Origin: an uncultured Bacilli bacterium
Lineage (GTDB): Bacteria > Bacillota_I > Bacilli_A > RF39 > UBA660
Direction of reading: 5' to 3'
Assembly: GCA_944350495.1 (NCBI GenBank)
Contig: CALVOZ010000002.1
Coordinates: 9,421 to 73,420 of the forward strand
DNA: 64,000 nucleotides
Made by a program: the position numbers and the translations under genes
Notes under the pieces: model-generated
Told to the model about the DNA's origin: nothing
Databases searched by the model: none
Seen by the model: the letters and a program-made list of their open reading frames with translations, nothing else
Part shown: in pieces, positions 48,017-58,116 of the stretch
How the letters are laid out: every line of letters starts with the position of its first letter
Position numbering within the stretch: position 1 is the first letter of the stretch

Positions 48017-48103
48017 ATGTTTAAAAAAATAGTTAATAGTATACGATGTTGTTTTTCTTTTTTATATAAATATAATAGAAAGAAGGAACAATATGAGTAT
48101 TGA
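48017..48103 (+). CDS. 28-codon upstream ORF with tandem Cys codons, overlapping the cysteine-synthase start
   Basis: AGGAGG RBS 7 nt upstream of ATG 48017; encodes MFKKIVNSIRCCFSFLYKYNRKKEQYEY; its stop overlaps the downstream ATG (48093). Confidence 0.35.
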   Translation: MFKKIVNSIRCCFSFLYKYNRKKEQYEY

Positions 48104-49052
48104 AAAATTAATAGGTAATACACCTATGGTAAAAATTAGAACTAAGTATAAAAATAAAATAACAAATATATATGCAAAATTAGAATATTATAATTATACG
48201 GGGAGTATCAAAGATAGATTAGCTTATTATATTATAAATGAATCATATAAAGATGGTAGTTTAAAACCTAACATGCCAATAGTTGAGGCTACAAGTGGTA
48301 ACACCGGTATTGCTTTTGCCGCTCTTGGAGCTTACTACGGGCATAAAGTCCATATTTTTATTCCTGAATGGGCTAGTGTTGAAAGAATTAATATTATGAA
48401 ATTATATGGAGCTGAAGTACATTTAGTTTCTAAGCAAGATGGTGGCTTTATAGGTGCTGTTAAACAAGCTGCTGAATTAAGCAAAAAAATAAATGGATTT
48501 AGTCCTAAACAATTTGAAAACATAAAAAATATTGAAGTACATTATAAAACAACTAGCTTAGAAATTGTTAACAAATTAAATAAAATAGATGGATTTGTTA
48601 GTGGAATTGGAACTGGCGGAACATTAATTGGGATTGCTAAAAGAATAAAAGAGAAAAATAGCAAAACTAAAATAATTGCTTTAGAGCCAAAACAATTACC
48701 AATTTTATCGAATAATGATGCTATAGGTAGTCATCGCATCGAAGGAATTGGTGATGACTTTATACCACAAATTGTTGATATGAATTTAATCGATAAAATT
48801 ATTACTATTGATGATGAAGATGCAATTAACATGTCGCGGATTTTAGCACAAAAATTAGGATTAGGAGTTGGAATATCAAGTGGTGCTAATTTATTAGCAG
48901 CTATCAAAGTTTCTAAAAATAACGATAACATTGTAACAATCTTCGCCGATGATTTTAAAAAATATCTTACAACCGATTTAGCGAAAAACATAAATACTAA
49001 TAAAAATTTATTATCAAATAATATCGAAATATTATCTTTAGAGTACATCTAA
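48093..49052 (+). CDS. cysteine synthase family PLP enzyme (CysK/CysM-like)
   Basis: IGNTPMV, SIKDR (PLP lysine), EATSGNTGIA, GIGTGGT and SSGA motifs. Confidence 0.75.
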   Translation: MSIEKLIGNTPMVKIRTKYKNKITNIYAKLEYYNYTGSIKDRLAYYIINESYKDGSLKPNMPIVEATSGNTGIAFAALGAYYGHKVHIFIPEWASVERINIMKLYGAEVHLVSKQDGGFIGAVKQAAELSKKINGFSPKQFENIKNIEVHYKTTSLEIVNKLNKIDGFVSGIGTGGTLIGIAKRIKEKNSKTKIIALEPKQLPILSNNDAIGSHRIEGIGDDFIPQIVDMNLIDKIITIDDEDAINMSRILAQKLGLGVGISSGANLLAAIKVSKNNDNIVTIFADDFKKYLTTDLAKNINTNKNLLSNNIEILSLEYI

Positions 49053-49075
49053 AAAGAACATCACATGATGTTCTT

Positions 49076-49594
49076 TTATATTAATATTAGAATAATAAAA
49101 ATTAAAATCATCACTCCAATTATAATTATGGGAACTATATTTGACGATTTTTGTTTTTTTTCATCTTCTTCAGTATTAATAACAATATTATCTTCAGGGA
49201 GTGCCCTATCCATTCCCAAACATGTTAATTCGATATTTAATTCATCACCAGTTAAATTAATTTTAGGAATGTTTAAAGTATTTCTTTGAATTTGTGATTT
49301 TCCTACTTTAACATATTTAAATAAAATCGGAATTTCTAATAATTTACGATCTTTTTTGTCAAAAATTTTGATATATACTGTACACGTTCTTGACTGATTT
49401 TCTTTTGGATCACTAGTTTTTGTAACTCCTAATCTATAATTTAAATTTATATAATTAGGATCATTATCATCTAATATAACATATTTAAATAAGTCTATTT
49501 TATAACTTACATATGGTTTTTTTTCAGGTGCTTCAATATATTCTGTATATTCTTTGTTTACACCTAATACTTTGTTAACACGATATTTACTCAT
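49076..49594 (-). CDS. C-terminally membrane-anchored hypothetical protein
   Basis: ORF; C-terminal TM. Confidence 0.4.
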   Translation of the reverse strand: MSKYRVNKVLGVNKEYTEYIEAPEKKPYVSYKIDLFKYVILDDNDPNYINLNYRLGVTKTSDPKENQSRTCTVYIKIFDKKDRKLLEIPILFKYVKVGKSQIQRNTLNIPKINLTGDELNIELTCLGMDRALPEDNIVINTEEDEKKQKSSNIVPIIIIGVMILIFIILILI

Positions 49595-49754
49595 ACGACA
49601 CCCCTAACTATTATAATAATAACATTTGTTGTAAAATAAATAAATAGGTTATATATTCATATTCATTATATCACTTTTTATTTTTAATATTTGATAATAA
49701 AATTTCACTAGTGTATAATAATAAAAGAATATGAAGGTTAATAAGGGTGATATA

Positions 49755-51257
49755 ATGCTTAAAAAATTAAAAGAAAATTTGATTGAATCCTTCAAGACAG
49801 TTAGGCCTTTAATCTTAATTGTATTATTGCTTTCACTGATTATTCCCATTAAAACTTCCATTTTAATATCTTTTATAATTAGTTCAATTTTATTAATTTT
49901 AGGCTGTAGTCTATTTACATTTGGCGCTGATTTATCAATGGTAGTTATTGGTAATAAAATAGGTAAAGATTTAGTAAAAAGTAAAAAAGTATGGTTAATC
50001 CTACTTGTCAGTTTTATTATTGGAACAGTCGTGACAATTGCTGAACCTGATTTATTAGTACTAGCAGAACAAATAACCTCGATTTCCAATTTTACTTTAA
50101 TTATAACTATTAGTTTAGGTGTAGGATTTTGCATGTTATTGGCATCTACTAGATCCCTATTAGGATTAGATTTAAATAAAATATTAATTATAAGTTTTAT
50201 TTTAATTTTTATTCTGATGGTATTTGTTCCAAATGATTTCATACCAGTAGCATTCGATTCTGGTGGAGTAACTACTGGTACTATTAGCATTCCTTTTATC
50301 ATCACTTTAGGTATTGGTTTAGTTTCAAGTCGTGTTGACAAAAAGGCTAAAGAAGATAGTTTTGGATTAGTAGCACTTGCTTCAACAGGGCCTATTTTAA
50401 TGGTTCTATTGCTAGGATTATTTAACAATTCTAACAACGCAATGACTTTTGATAATTCAATATACGTAAATTTTTCTTATTTTAACTATTTAATTCAATT
50501 AAAAAATTGTTTAGAGTCTGTTCTTCTTGCAATTTTACCAATATTAATAATATTTTTAATTTATTATGCAATAACTAAAAATATTAATAAACACGAGTTA
50601 CATAAAATAATATTAGGAATATTAATAACTATCATTGGACTAACTATGTTTTTAGTAGCAACCAATGTGGGTTTTCTTAATATGGGATATTTTATTGGAG
50701 AACATTTTGCAAGTACAAACTTAAAAATATTATTAATTCCTTTAGTTATGGTTTTATCATTTTTTATTGCGATTGCTGAACCAGCAGTCATTATTTTAAT
50801 TGAACAAGTTGAAGAATTTACTGGTGGTAGTATACCTAAAAATATATTACGCTTCGCTTTAGCGCTCGGTGTCAGTATAGCGGCAGGGCTTTCTATTTAT
50901 CGAATATATGCAGGAATTCACTTCATCTATTATTTAGCTTTTGGTTATGGTCTAGCCATTTTACTTACATGTTTTATTCCTAAAGTTTTTACAGCAATTG
51001 CCTTTGATGCAGGTGGTGCAACAGGAGGTTCACTTACAACTGGATTTCTACTTCCAATTGCAATCGGAGCTTGTTATGCTGTTGGAGGAAACATTTATAG
51101 CGAGGCATTTGGATTAGCTTCAATGGTATCGTTAATTCCAATAATAACTATTGAATTTGTCGGATTAATATACCAATTAAAGTTAAGTTTAGAATCACGC
51201 ATAGAAATGTTAGACGATACAATCATCGATTACGATTGGAGGGCTAATAATGATTAA
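49755..51257 (+). CDS. DUF1538-family membrane protein (two internal repeats)
   Basis: ATG 49755 with AAGGGTGA RBS; polytopic protein with duplicated halves; family assignment from memory. Confidence 0.55.
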   Translation: MLKKLKENLIESFKTVRPLILIVLLLSLIIPIKTSILISFIISSILLILGCSLFTFGADLSMVVIGNKIGKDLVKSKKVWLILLVSFIIGTVVTIAEPDLLVLAEQITSISNFTLIITISLGVGFCMLLASTRSLLGLDLNKILIISFILIFILMVFVPNDFIPVAFDSGGVTTGTISIPFIITLGIGLVSSRVDKKAKEDSFGLVALASTGPILMVLLLGLFNNSNNAMTFDNSIYVNFSYFNYLIQLKNCLESVLLAILPILIIFLIYYAITKNINKHELHKIILGILITIIGLTMFLVATNVGFLNMGYFIGEHFASTNLKILLIPLVMVLSFFIAIAEPAVIILIEQVEEFTGGSIPKNILRFALALGVSIAAGLSIYRIYAGIHFIYYLAFGYGLAILLTCFIPKVFTAIAFDAGGATGGSLTTGFLLPIAIGACYAVGGNIYSEAFGLASMVSLIPIITIEFVGLIYQLKLSLESRIEMLDDTIIDYDWRANND

Positions 51258-51924
51258 TATTAAATTATTATTTGTTATCCTCGATGAAGGTAACCATAAA
51301 AAAGTTAGAGCAATTTTAAATTCATATAAAATAAAAGTCAAAACTGTCTCTAATGCTAGTGGGACTGCTTCGCCTAGCGTTTTAGACTATTTTGGATTAG
51401 TTGAGACGAAAAAAGAAATATTTATGGCAATTATTCCAAATTATCTAAGTCGTAAAATATTAACTAAATTAAAAACAGCATTTTCCCTAGATGAAGTAGG
51501 AACCGGAGTAGCATTTACTATCCCAATTTCAAGTTCAAATAAATATTTATCAGATGCATTTAAAAATAATAATTTGGAAAGGAAGGATGATACAGTGATT
51601 GAAGATAATAAATTATCATATCATCTAATTATTACTATTGTAACTGAGGGTTATTTAGAAAAAGTAATGTCTGCAGCTAAAAAAGCTGGGTCTTCTGGGG
51701 GGACTGCCTTGAAAGGCCGTGGTTTAAGTGATAATAGGCCTGCCAAAATATTAGGTTTTAATATTGAACCTGAAAAAGATATCATACTTAATATTGTATC
51801 TGAAAAAGATAAAAACAAAGTTATGGAAGCAATTACTAAAGAGGTTGGAATTAAAACTAGAGGTCGTGGAGTGTGTTTTTCGCTTCCGGTTGAAGAGGCA
51901 ATTGGATTTGGCTTAATTAATTAG
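51250..51924 (+). CDS. tandem P-II-like signal-transduction protein
   Basis: Two repeats of about 110 aa with a P-II-like pattern (LFVILDEG...VKTVSNASG; LIITIVTEGYLEKVM...GGTALKGRG); overlaps the DUF1538 stop. Confidence 0.5.
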   Translation: MINIKLLFVILDEGNHKKVRAILNSYKIKVKTVSNASGTASPSVLDYFGLVETKKEIFMAIIPNYLSRKILTKLKTAFSLDEVGTGVAFTIPISSSNKYLSDAFKNNNLERKDDTVIEDNKLSYHLIITIVTEGYLEKVMSAAKKAGSSGGTALKGRGLSDNRPAKILGFNIEPEKDIILNIVSEKDKNKVMEAITKEVGIKTRGRGVCFSLPVEEAIGFGLIN

Positions 51925-52008
51925 GTAATCTTTTGATTACCTTTTTTGTTGAAAAAAAAAGGCAATAATGTTATCATGATAATAGATAGAATAGAGAGGT
52001 GGTGAATT

Positions 52009-53022
52009 ATGAATAATAACGAACTAAATAATGTACCAACTCCTAACGTTGATACAACACCAACAGAGCCTACAAATACAAATACTGTGACTGTTACTAA
52101 TCAAGTTGCAGATGTAGCTTCTTCAATACCTAATAACGATGTTGCGCCTGTAACTCCAAATAATGTAGCACCTGCAACTACAGTTACTCCAATTCCTACA
52201 GTTACAAATCAAGCCCCTGAAGTTAAACCACCAAAAAGCGGTAAAAAGACTTTATTGTATATTATCATCGGTTTAATTGTTATCGGCATTATTGCTACTT
52301 GTGTATACTTTTTCTTCTTAAATGATGATAACGCTACTGACGATAATAAATCCGAAAATAATAGTACATCTGAAAATAAGGAGGAAAACAAAGACGGAGA
52401 AAATGAAGGTGAAGAAAACGAAGATGAAACAATTTTTACACCTGATACAAATCCAGCTTCCGCTTGGAATGGTGTCTACACTTCTGGTGACAATATAATA
52501 ACAATATATGGATTCAATGATGGAGAATTAACTGCTCTTCAAGTTAGTATTACGTCTGGTTTTAGCAATTCTTCATTTACTGTTGAGGATTTCGATGCTG
52601 ATAAAATTGATTACAATGACACATTCCTTGATGATGTAACAACTATGACAATTACTAAAAACGCTGATGGTACATACGCCGTTACAGCTTCATGTAGTGA
52701 CCCTGAAAGTATGCTAAATTCTATTAATGGAACCTATACTAAGAAAACTTTCAAAAGTTTAGGATGGACAGGTGATTACAAATCTGATGAGGTTTTAGTA
52801 AGTATTATTGAACTTGATGAAGATTATGTAATTTGTAGAATTACTAAGGGATATAGTACTCTAGAAACTTCATTTAATGAAGTAAGTGCTGATGAATTAT
52901 ATGTGGACAGTTTCGGTGATACTTTAAAAATTACTAAAACTGAAACTGGCATTAAAGTTGAAGGAACATCTGATGACCCTGAAAGTTTATATGGGCAAGT
53001 TAGCGGAGAATATACAAAATAA
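52009..53022 (+). CDS. membrane-anchored extracellular protein with T/P/N-rich and acidic low-complexity regions
   Basis: ORF; single TM after an 85-aa low-complexity N-terminus. Confidence 0.4.
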   Translation: MNNNELNNVPTPNVDTTPTEPTNTNTVTVTNQVADVASSIPNNDVAPVTPNNVAPATTVTPIPTVTNQAPEVKPPKSGKKTLLYIIIGLIVIGIIATCVYFFFLNDDNATDDNKSENNSTSENKEENKDGENEGEENEDETIFTPDTNPASAWNGVYTSGDNIITIYGFNDGELTALQVSITSGFSNSSFTVEDFDADKIDYNDTFLDDVTTMTITKNADGTYAVTASCSDPESMLNSINGTYTKKTFKSLGWTGDYKSDEVLVSIIELDEDYVICRITKGYSTLETSFNEVSADELYVDSFGDTLKITKTETGIKVEGTSDDPESLYGQVSGEYTK

Positions 53023-53107
53023 AAAGGCCTTATAGCCTTTTTATTATATTTTCTGTATTACAATTATTTTATTATCATTAATTTGATATAATAATAGTGG
53101 TGATACT

Positions 53108-53740
53108 ATGAAAGCAATAATATTTGATTTAGATGGAACATTATGGGAAACATTAGAACAGACATATATAAGTGCTAATGAAGTAGCAGCTAAATATCCT
53201 TTTGTAAAAAATATACCACGAAATACTATTGCACAATGTATGGGGTACACAGTTGAAGAATGTGCAGAATTATATATGCCCTATTTAGCAAGAGATATTC
53301 GACTACCAATCTTTTTAGAAATGCTTGAACATCATGTTAAATATCTCAATGAATACGGTGGAAATATATATCCTAATTTAGAAAATATTTTAAAAGAACT
53401 TCGAGAAAAGTATTTTTTAGGAATTGTCAGCAATTGTGGTTCCAATTATATAGAAGCATTTTTAAATTCTTCTAATTTAGGAAAATACTTTCTCGACTAT
53501 ATTGCTGCTGGAAAAGAACAAATGAGTAAAGGCAATGCTATTATCAAATTAATGCAACGAAATGGGATTGATCAGGCTATTTATGTTGGAGATACTTTAA
53601 AAGATTACCAAGCAAGTGAAATTGCCAATATTTCATTTGTACATGCCAAATATGGATTTCAGCCAAATTTAAACTGTAACTATTCCATAAATAATATTCA
53701 AGAACTACCTATTCTATTATCTTTTTTAGATACGCTTTAA
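53108..53740 (+). CDS. HAD-family hydrolase
   Basis: FDLDGTL motif I; GDTLKDYQA motif. Confidence 0.7.
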   Translation: MKAIIFDLDGTLWETLEQTYISANEVAAKYPFVKNIPRNTIAQCMGYTVEECAELYMPYLARDIRLPIFLEMLEHHVKYLNEYGGNIYPNLENILKELREKYFLGIVSNCGSNYIEAFLNSSNLGKYFLDYIAAGKEQMSKGNAIIKLMQRNGIDQAIYVGDTLKDYQASEIANISFVHAKYGFQPNLNCNYSINNIQELPILLSFLDTL

Positions 53741-53922
53741 AATTAAAAATGTTTTTGTAAAATTATTGTACATATTTTATTTTTTAAGCCATAAAAGTAA
53801 CATAATTATTAAAAAATGTAAAAATGATGACAATACTTTAACGGTTGTTCATCTTCCTATTTAATAATTATTAATTATTTTTTCTTATAAATTTGCTATA
53901 ATTATTGTAGTGTAGAAAGAAA

Positions 53923-54981
53923 GTGATTAACTTGTATAGAAACACATATGCAAAAATTAATCTATCAAATATTTATGATAATATTATAGCTATCAAAAAT
54001 AAATATGATTATAAATATTATATGGCCGTTGTTAAAGCCAATTGTTATGGTCACGGTTTAAAAGCTATTGAACCTATGATTAAAGCAGGATGTAATTATC
54101 TAGCTGTAGCCACTTTAGATGAAGCTATTAAGGTTAGAGAGTTATATCCAAATATTCCAATATTATGTCTTGGAATTGTATACTTAAAAGATTTAGAGGT
54201 TTGTTTAAACAATAACATTACAATTACCCTAAATTCCAAAGATTATTTTAATAGTATTAAAGATTTAAACTTACCTTTAAGAGTTCATTTAAAATTAAAT
54301 ACTGGAATGAATAGATTAGGTATTAAAGATAAAGATGATGTCGATTATGTTATCTCCAATATTAACAATACCAATCTTATCCTAGAAGGAATATATACAC
54401 ATATATATGACCCAAGTAACGAAATTGACACTAAGTATCAATTAGATAAATTCTATAATTTATGCCAAAATGTTGATTTATCTAAAATTAAAATGGTTCA
54501 CGTTGCAGCATCAGAAACACTAACTAATTATCCCAAATTTAATTTTATTAATTGTGTTAGATTAGGAATTATAATGTATGGTTTTTCATCAAAAATTAAA
54601 TTAAAACCAACATTTAGCCTATATAGTAATATTATTCAAATAAATGATGTTAGTAATTCAGAAAAAGTTGGCTATAATGGTCTTTATATCCCAGCTGACA
54701 ATGAAAAAATTGGCGTTGTCCAAATTGGCTATGCTGATGGAATTCTAAGAGCCTATAAAGATAATAATGTATTTATAAATGATAAAGAATTTAAAATTGT
54801 TGGTAATGTTTGTATGGATATGTTATTTGTTAAATTAGATGATACTATTAAAGTTAATGATGAAGTTGTATTATTAAAAGATACTGATCATATTAATAGT
54901 ACAGCTAAACATTTAAACACTATTCCATATGAAATTATGTGCTCTATAAGTAATAGAGTCCCAAGAATATATATTGATTAA
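53923..54981 (+). CDS. alr: alanine racemase
   Basis: AVVKANCYGHG PLP-lysine motif; 352 aa. Confidence 0.8.
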   Translation: MINLYRNTYAKINLSNIYDNIIAIKNKYDYKYYMAVVKANCYGHGLKAIEPMIKAGCNYLAVATLDEAIKVRELYPNIPILCLGIVYLKDLEVCLNNNITITLNSKDYFNSIKDLNLPLRVHLKLNTGMNRLGIKDKDDVDYVISNINNTNLILEGIYTHIYDPSNEIDTKYQLDKFYNLCQNVDLSKIKMVHVAASETLTNYPKFNFINCVRLGIIMYGFSSKIKLKPTFSLYSNIIQINDVSNSEKVGYNGLYIPADNEKIGVVQIGYADGILRAYKDNNVFINDKEFKIVGNVCMDMLFVKLDDTIKVNDEVVLLKDTDHINSTAKHLNTIPYEIMCSISNRVPRIYID

Positions 54982-54990
54982 GGAGGATTT

Positions 54991-55293
54991 ATGAAAATTA
55001 TACACGCAAATGATAGTACATTTAATAGTGAAATTAATGGAGAAAATGTTTTAGTTGACTTTTATGCAGATTGGTGCGGTCCATGTCGTATGTTAGCACC
55101 TATTTTAGAGGAATTAAGTGAAGAAAGAGATAATCTTAAAATTGTTAAAGTAAATGTTGATGAAGCTCAAGAAACTGCAAAAGCTTATGGGGTTATGAGT
55201 ATTCCTACTCTTGTTCATTTTAAAAATGGAAAAATGGTCACTAAAAAAGTTGGTTTATGTAGTAAAGACGACCTAACTGAGATGGTAAAATGA
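54991..55293 (+). CDS. trxA: thioredoxin
   Basis: WCGPC active site; 100 aa. Confidence 0.85.
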   Translation: MKIIHANDSTFNSEINGENVLVDFYADWCGPCRMLAPILEELSEERDNLKIVKVNVDEAQETAKAYGVMSIPTLVHFKNGKMVTKKVGLCSKDDLTEMVK

Positions 55294-56129
55294 TCGCAGT
55301 AATTGGCTCAGGGCCTGCTGGTGTAAGTTGCGCACTATATTTAAAAAGAGCTAATAAAGATGTTATCGTTTTCAGTAATCATAAAAGTTCTTTGCTAAAA
55401 GCTAAATTAATTGAAAATTACTACGGTAGTGGGAGCATAAGTGGACCTAAATTATACCAAGAAGGATTAAACGAATTAAAGAATTTGAATATTCCTTTAA
55501 AAGAGGAAGAAATATTTAATATTAGATATGAAGATGAATTATATATTGACACGAATAAAGATTCATATAACGTCGATGCATTAATATTAGCCACTGGTTC
55601 AAGTAGAAGTAAAACTGATATTAAAAACATAAAAAAATATGAAGGTAAGGGTGTAAGTTACTGCGCAACTTGTGATGGTTTCTTTTTTAAAAATAAAAAA
55701 GTAGCTGTAGTTGGTAATACGGAATATGCAGTGCATGAATTAGAATATTTAAGTAACATTACTAATGACTTATACTTATTAACAAATGGAACCGCCTATA
55801 GTAATGAAAAATATAAAGTTATAACTGATAAAATTATGGCAGTTGAGGGAGAAGATACAATTCAAAGAGTTTTATTTGATAATGAATCTTCTTTAGAAAT
55901 AGATGGCTTATTTATTGCAAATGATACACCAGATAGTAATATTTTAGCTAAAAAATGTGGAATTATTACAGACAATAATGAAATTGTTGTAAACAATGCT
56001 TTAGAAACAAATATACCAGGTATATTTGCTTGTGGAGATGCAATTAAAGGTGTAAAACAAATATCTAAAGCTGTCTATGATGGCATGAATGCAGCTACAT
56101 CAGTCATTAAATATATAAGCAAAAAATAA
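55290..56129 (+). CDS. thioredoxin reductase-like FAD/NAD(P) oxidoreductase
   Basis: GSGPAG dinucleotide motif; CATCDG redox-active disulfide; shorter than canonical TrxB. Confidence 0.65.
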   Translation: MIAVIGSGPAGVSCALYLKRANKDVIVFSNHKSSLLKAKLIENYYGSGSISGPKLYQEGLNELKNLNIPLKEEEIFNIRYEDELYIDTNKDSYNVDALILATGSSRSKTDIKNIKKYEGKGVSYCATCDGFFFKNKKVAVVGNTEYAVHELEYLSNITNDLYLLTNGTAYSNEKYKVITDKIMAVEGEDTIQRVLFDNESSLEIDGLFIANDTPDSNILAKKCGIITDNNEIVVNNALETNIPGIFACGDAIKGVKQISKAVYDGMNAATSVIKYISKK

Positions 56130-56138
56130 AAACTATGA

Positions 56139-56369
56139 TTAATTATCATAGTTTTTTATATCTATTAAATCTAAATAAATTGATTTAATTTCATGATCTG
56201 GTATCTGTAAATCTTTTAAAATAGAAAAAGCTGTTTCTATTTTTATTTTAAAAAAGCATTTATCTTCTTGCAATATTTTCTTAATAAGTATTTGTTTTTT
56301 CAAATTAACTACATCATTTTGATAAGTTTCTATTAATTTGTTATTTATATCCTTGAGTTTTGTTATCAT
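56139..56369 (-). CDS. small hypothetical protein
   Basis: ORF. Confidence 0.3.
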   Translation of the reverse strand: MITKLKDINNKLIETYQNDVVNLKKQILIKKILQEDKCFFKIKIETAFSILKDLQIPDHEIKSIYLDLIDIKNYDN

Positions 56370-58116
56370 CTAAACTATCCTCCTCAACTTTTAATCCCGG
56401 TATTTCTAAATATCTATCACCAATGTACTCTAGCATTTTGCTTCTAAATAGTTCTTCTATATCCATAATACTAATCGGAACTAATGGATAATTTGGATGA
56501 AATAAATAATACTGATTTGCTAAAATATCTTCATATATATCATCTTTATTAATAGTGAATATTGCACTTACTGTAGCTGATTGATTTTTGGGAACATTAA
56601 TATTGTCTCTAACAATACTTATTTTAATATTACGTTTGCATTCTTTATCATTAAATATTATCTTTCTAAGTTGCAATAAATAAGCAATCGAATCAACACC
56701 TTTCATTCCCGTCTGAATTACTTTATCAAGCATTATTTTTAATTTAGTATCTAAGTCTAGTTCAACTGATGAATATTCTTCATAAGAAGCTACAATATCT
56801 TCAAAAGTTTCAACTTCTTCAACTTTGTCAGATTTGTTTTCTTCTTCACCAATTATAAAATAAATACTAGATAATAAATAGTTAAAATCATCAACCGTAT
56901 CCTCGTTAGTATTAATACATCTTAATCCCGTCAATGGGTTATTTAATTTGGCACTTACTAAATCACACTTTAAAATTGATTTTACAGAATCTGCTTCAAC
57001 TAAGAATTTCCCTACTCTAAAAATTAAATTAGTATGGCCTTTATAAAATCCATTCATTGCTGACTTTGTTACAAATTTAATTTTTAGTTTATCTAAAAAT
57101 TTAGCATATATTGAATTAAACTCATAACATACTACTTTGCTATTTTCTGGTGTAATATGAACAATACCATCTAAATTTTCATGTTTTAAAGCAATATATC
57201 CTCGTTGATTTACAGCATAAAATTCATCATCATAAGATAATAATTTACATAATTTTATATAAATATATATCGCTTTTTCTAAAACGCTTAGTGAACTATT
57301 CATATTTTCTAAAACAGCATGTTGTAATTTTTCACTTATTGATATTTTATCAATTGTTGGATCTAATGTAACTTTAATTTTATTTAAAGCTTCTAAGTCA
57401 ACTATTTCATTACTTTTCAAAACGTTGAAGCGATATATTACTTGTTCTGGAAAACGATAATCTACAAAAGCCATACTATTATTTAATAGCGAGATAACTG
57501 CGTATAAGTAGTAATCTTTTCTAACACCTTGATATAAATCATCATAATTGCGAAAAAATGTATGAAATTCTTCATATGGTAAATTTATAAAATCGAGTAT
57601 CCCACAAAAAGACACCTCAACATCATCACCATCTATAATTATATGATAAGTATCATCTTTGTGTTGATTATAAAAACAACACCAATCAGTTTTATTTAAA
57701 ATTTCATCTACTCGATCACGATACACACTTTCAAATTGTAATTTACCGTCTCTTTGATATTTGATAATTGAACTTGCAAGTTTAGCTCTCGAAATATCAA
57801 TCGAAGTTATTCCTTTTTCATCTACATAACCAACAGCAAAATGATTTCCTGTGATCGTAAATTCATAAAACAAAGCATAAACGTAAGAATAAAATCTCTC
57901 ATTAGTAATTAAGTCATACACTAATGTGTAACTATAATATTCATCATCACTTGCGTATCTTGCCTCATATATATCACGAGGAACAAAAATATAATCTTCA
58001 AGGGCTTCCACTAATTCGGGATATTTTTTTAACAGTGAATCAATAAATTTTTCTCCCATATTTTCACCCTCTTCACACATACTTTTATTATACATAAAAA
58101 ATGAGTTTATTTCCAC
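56341..58116 (-). CDS. large uncharacterised cytoplasmic protein (591 aa)
   Basis: ORF; no motif recognised. Confidence 0.45.
   Translation of the reverse strand: MEINSFFMYNKSMCEEGENMGEKFIDSLLKKYPELVEALEDYIFVPRDIYEARYASDDEYYSYTLVYDLITNERFYSYVYALFYEFTITGNHFAVGYVDEKGITSIDISRAKLASSIIKYQRDGKLQFESVYRDRVDEILNKTDWCCFYNQHKDDTYHIIIDGDDVEVSFCGILDFINLPYEEFHTFFRNYDDLYQGVRKDYYLYAVISLLNNSMAFVDYRFPEQVIYRFNVLKSNEIVDLEALNKIKVTLDPTIDKISISEKLQHAVLENMNSSLSVLEKAIYIYIKLCKLLSYDDEFYAVNQRGYIALKHENLDGIVHITPENSKVVCYEFNSIYAKFLDKLKIKFVTKSAMNGFYKGHTNLIFRVGKFLVEADSVKSILKCDLVSAKLNNPLTGLRCINTNEDTVDDFNYLLSSIYFIIGEEENKSDKVEEVETFEDIVASYEEYSSVELDLDTKLKIMLDKVIQTGMKGVDSIAYLLQLRKIIFNDKECKRNIKISIVRDNINVPKNQSATVSAIFTINKDDIYEDILANQYYLFHPNYPLVPISIMDIEELFRSKMLEYIGDRYLEIPGLKVEEDSLDDNKTQGYK

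Noticed and set aside
49649-50437. 262-aa minus-strand ORF
   Set aside because: Lies entirely antisense within the DUF1538 membrane gene, has no RBS and a low-complexity translation; an artefact of AT-rich sequence.
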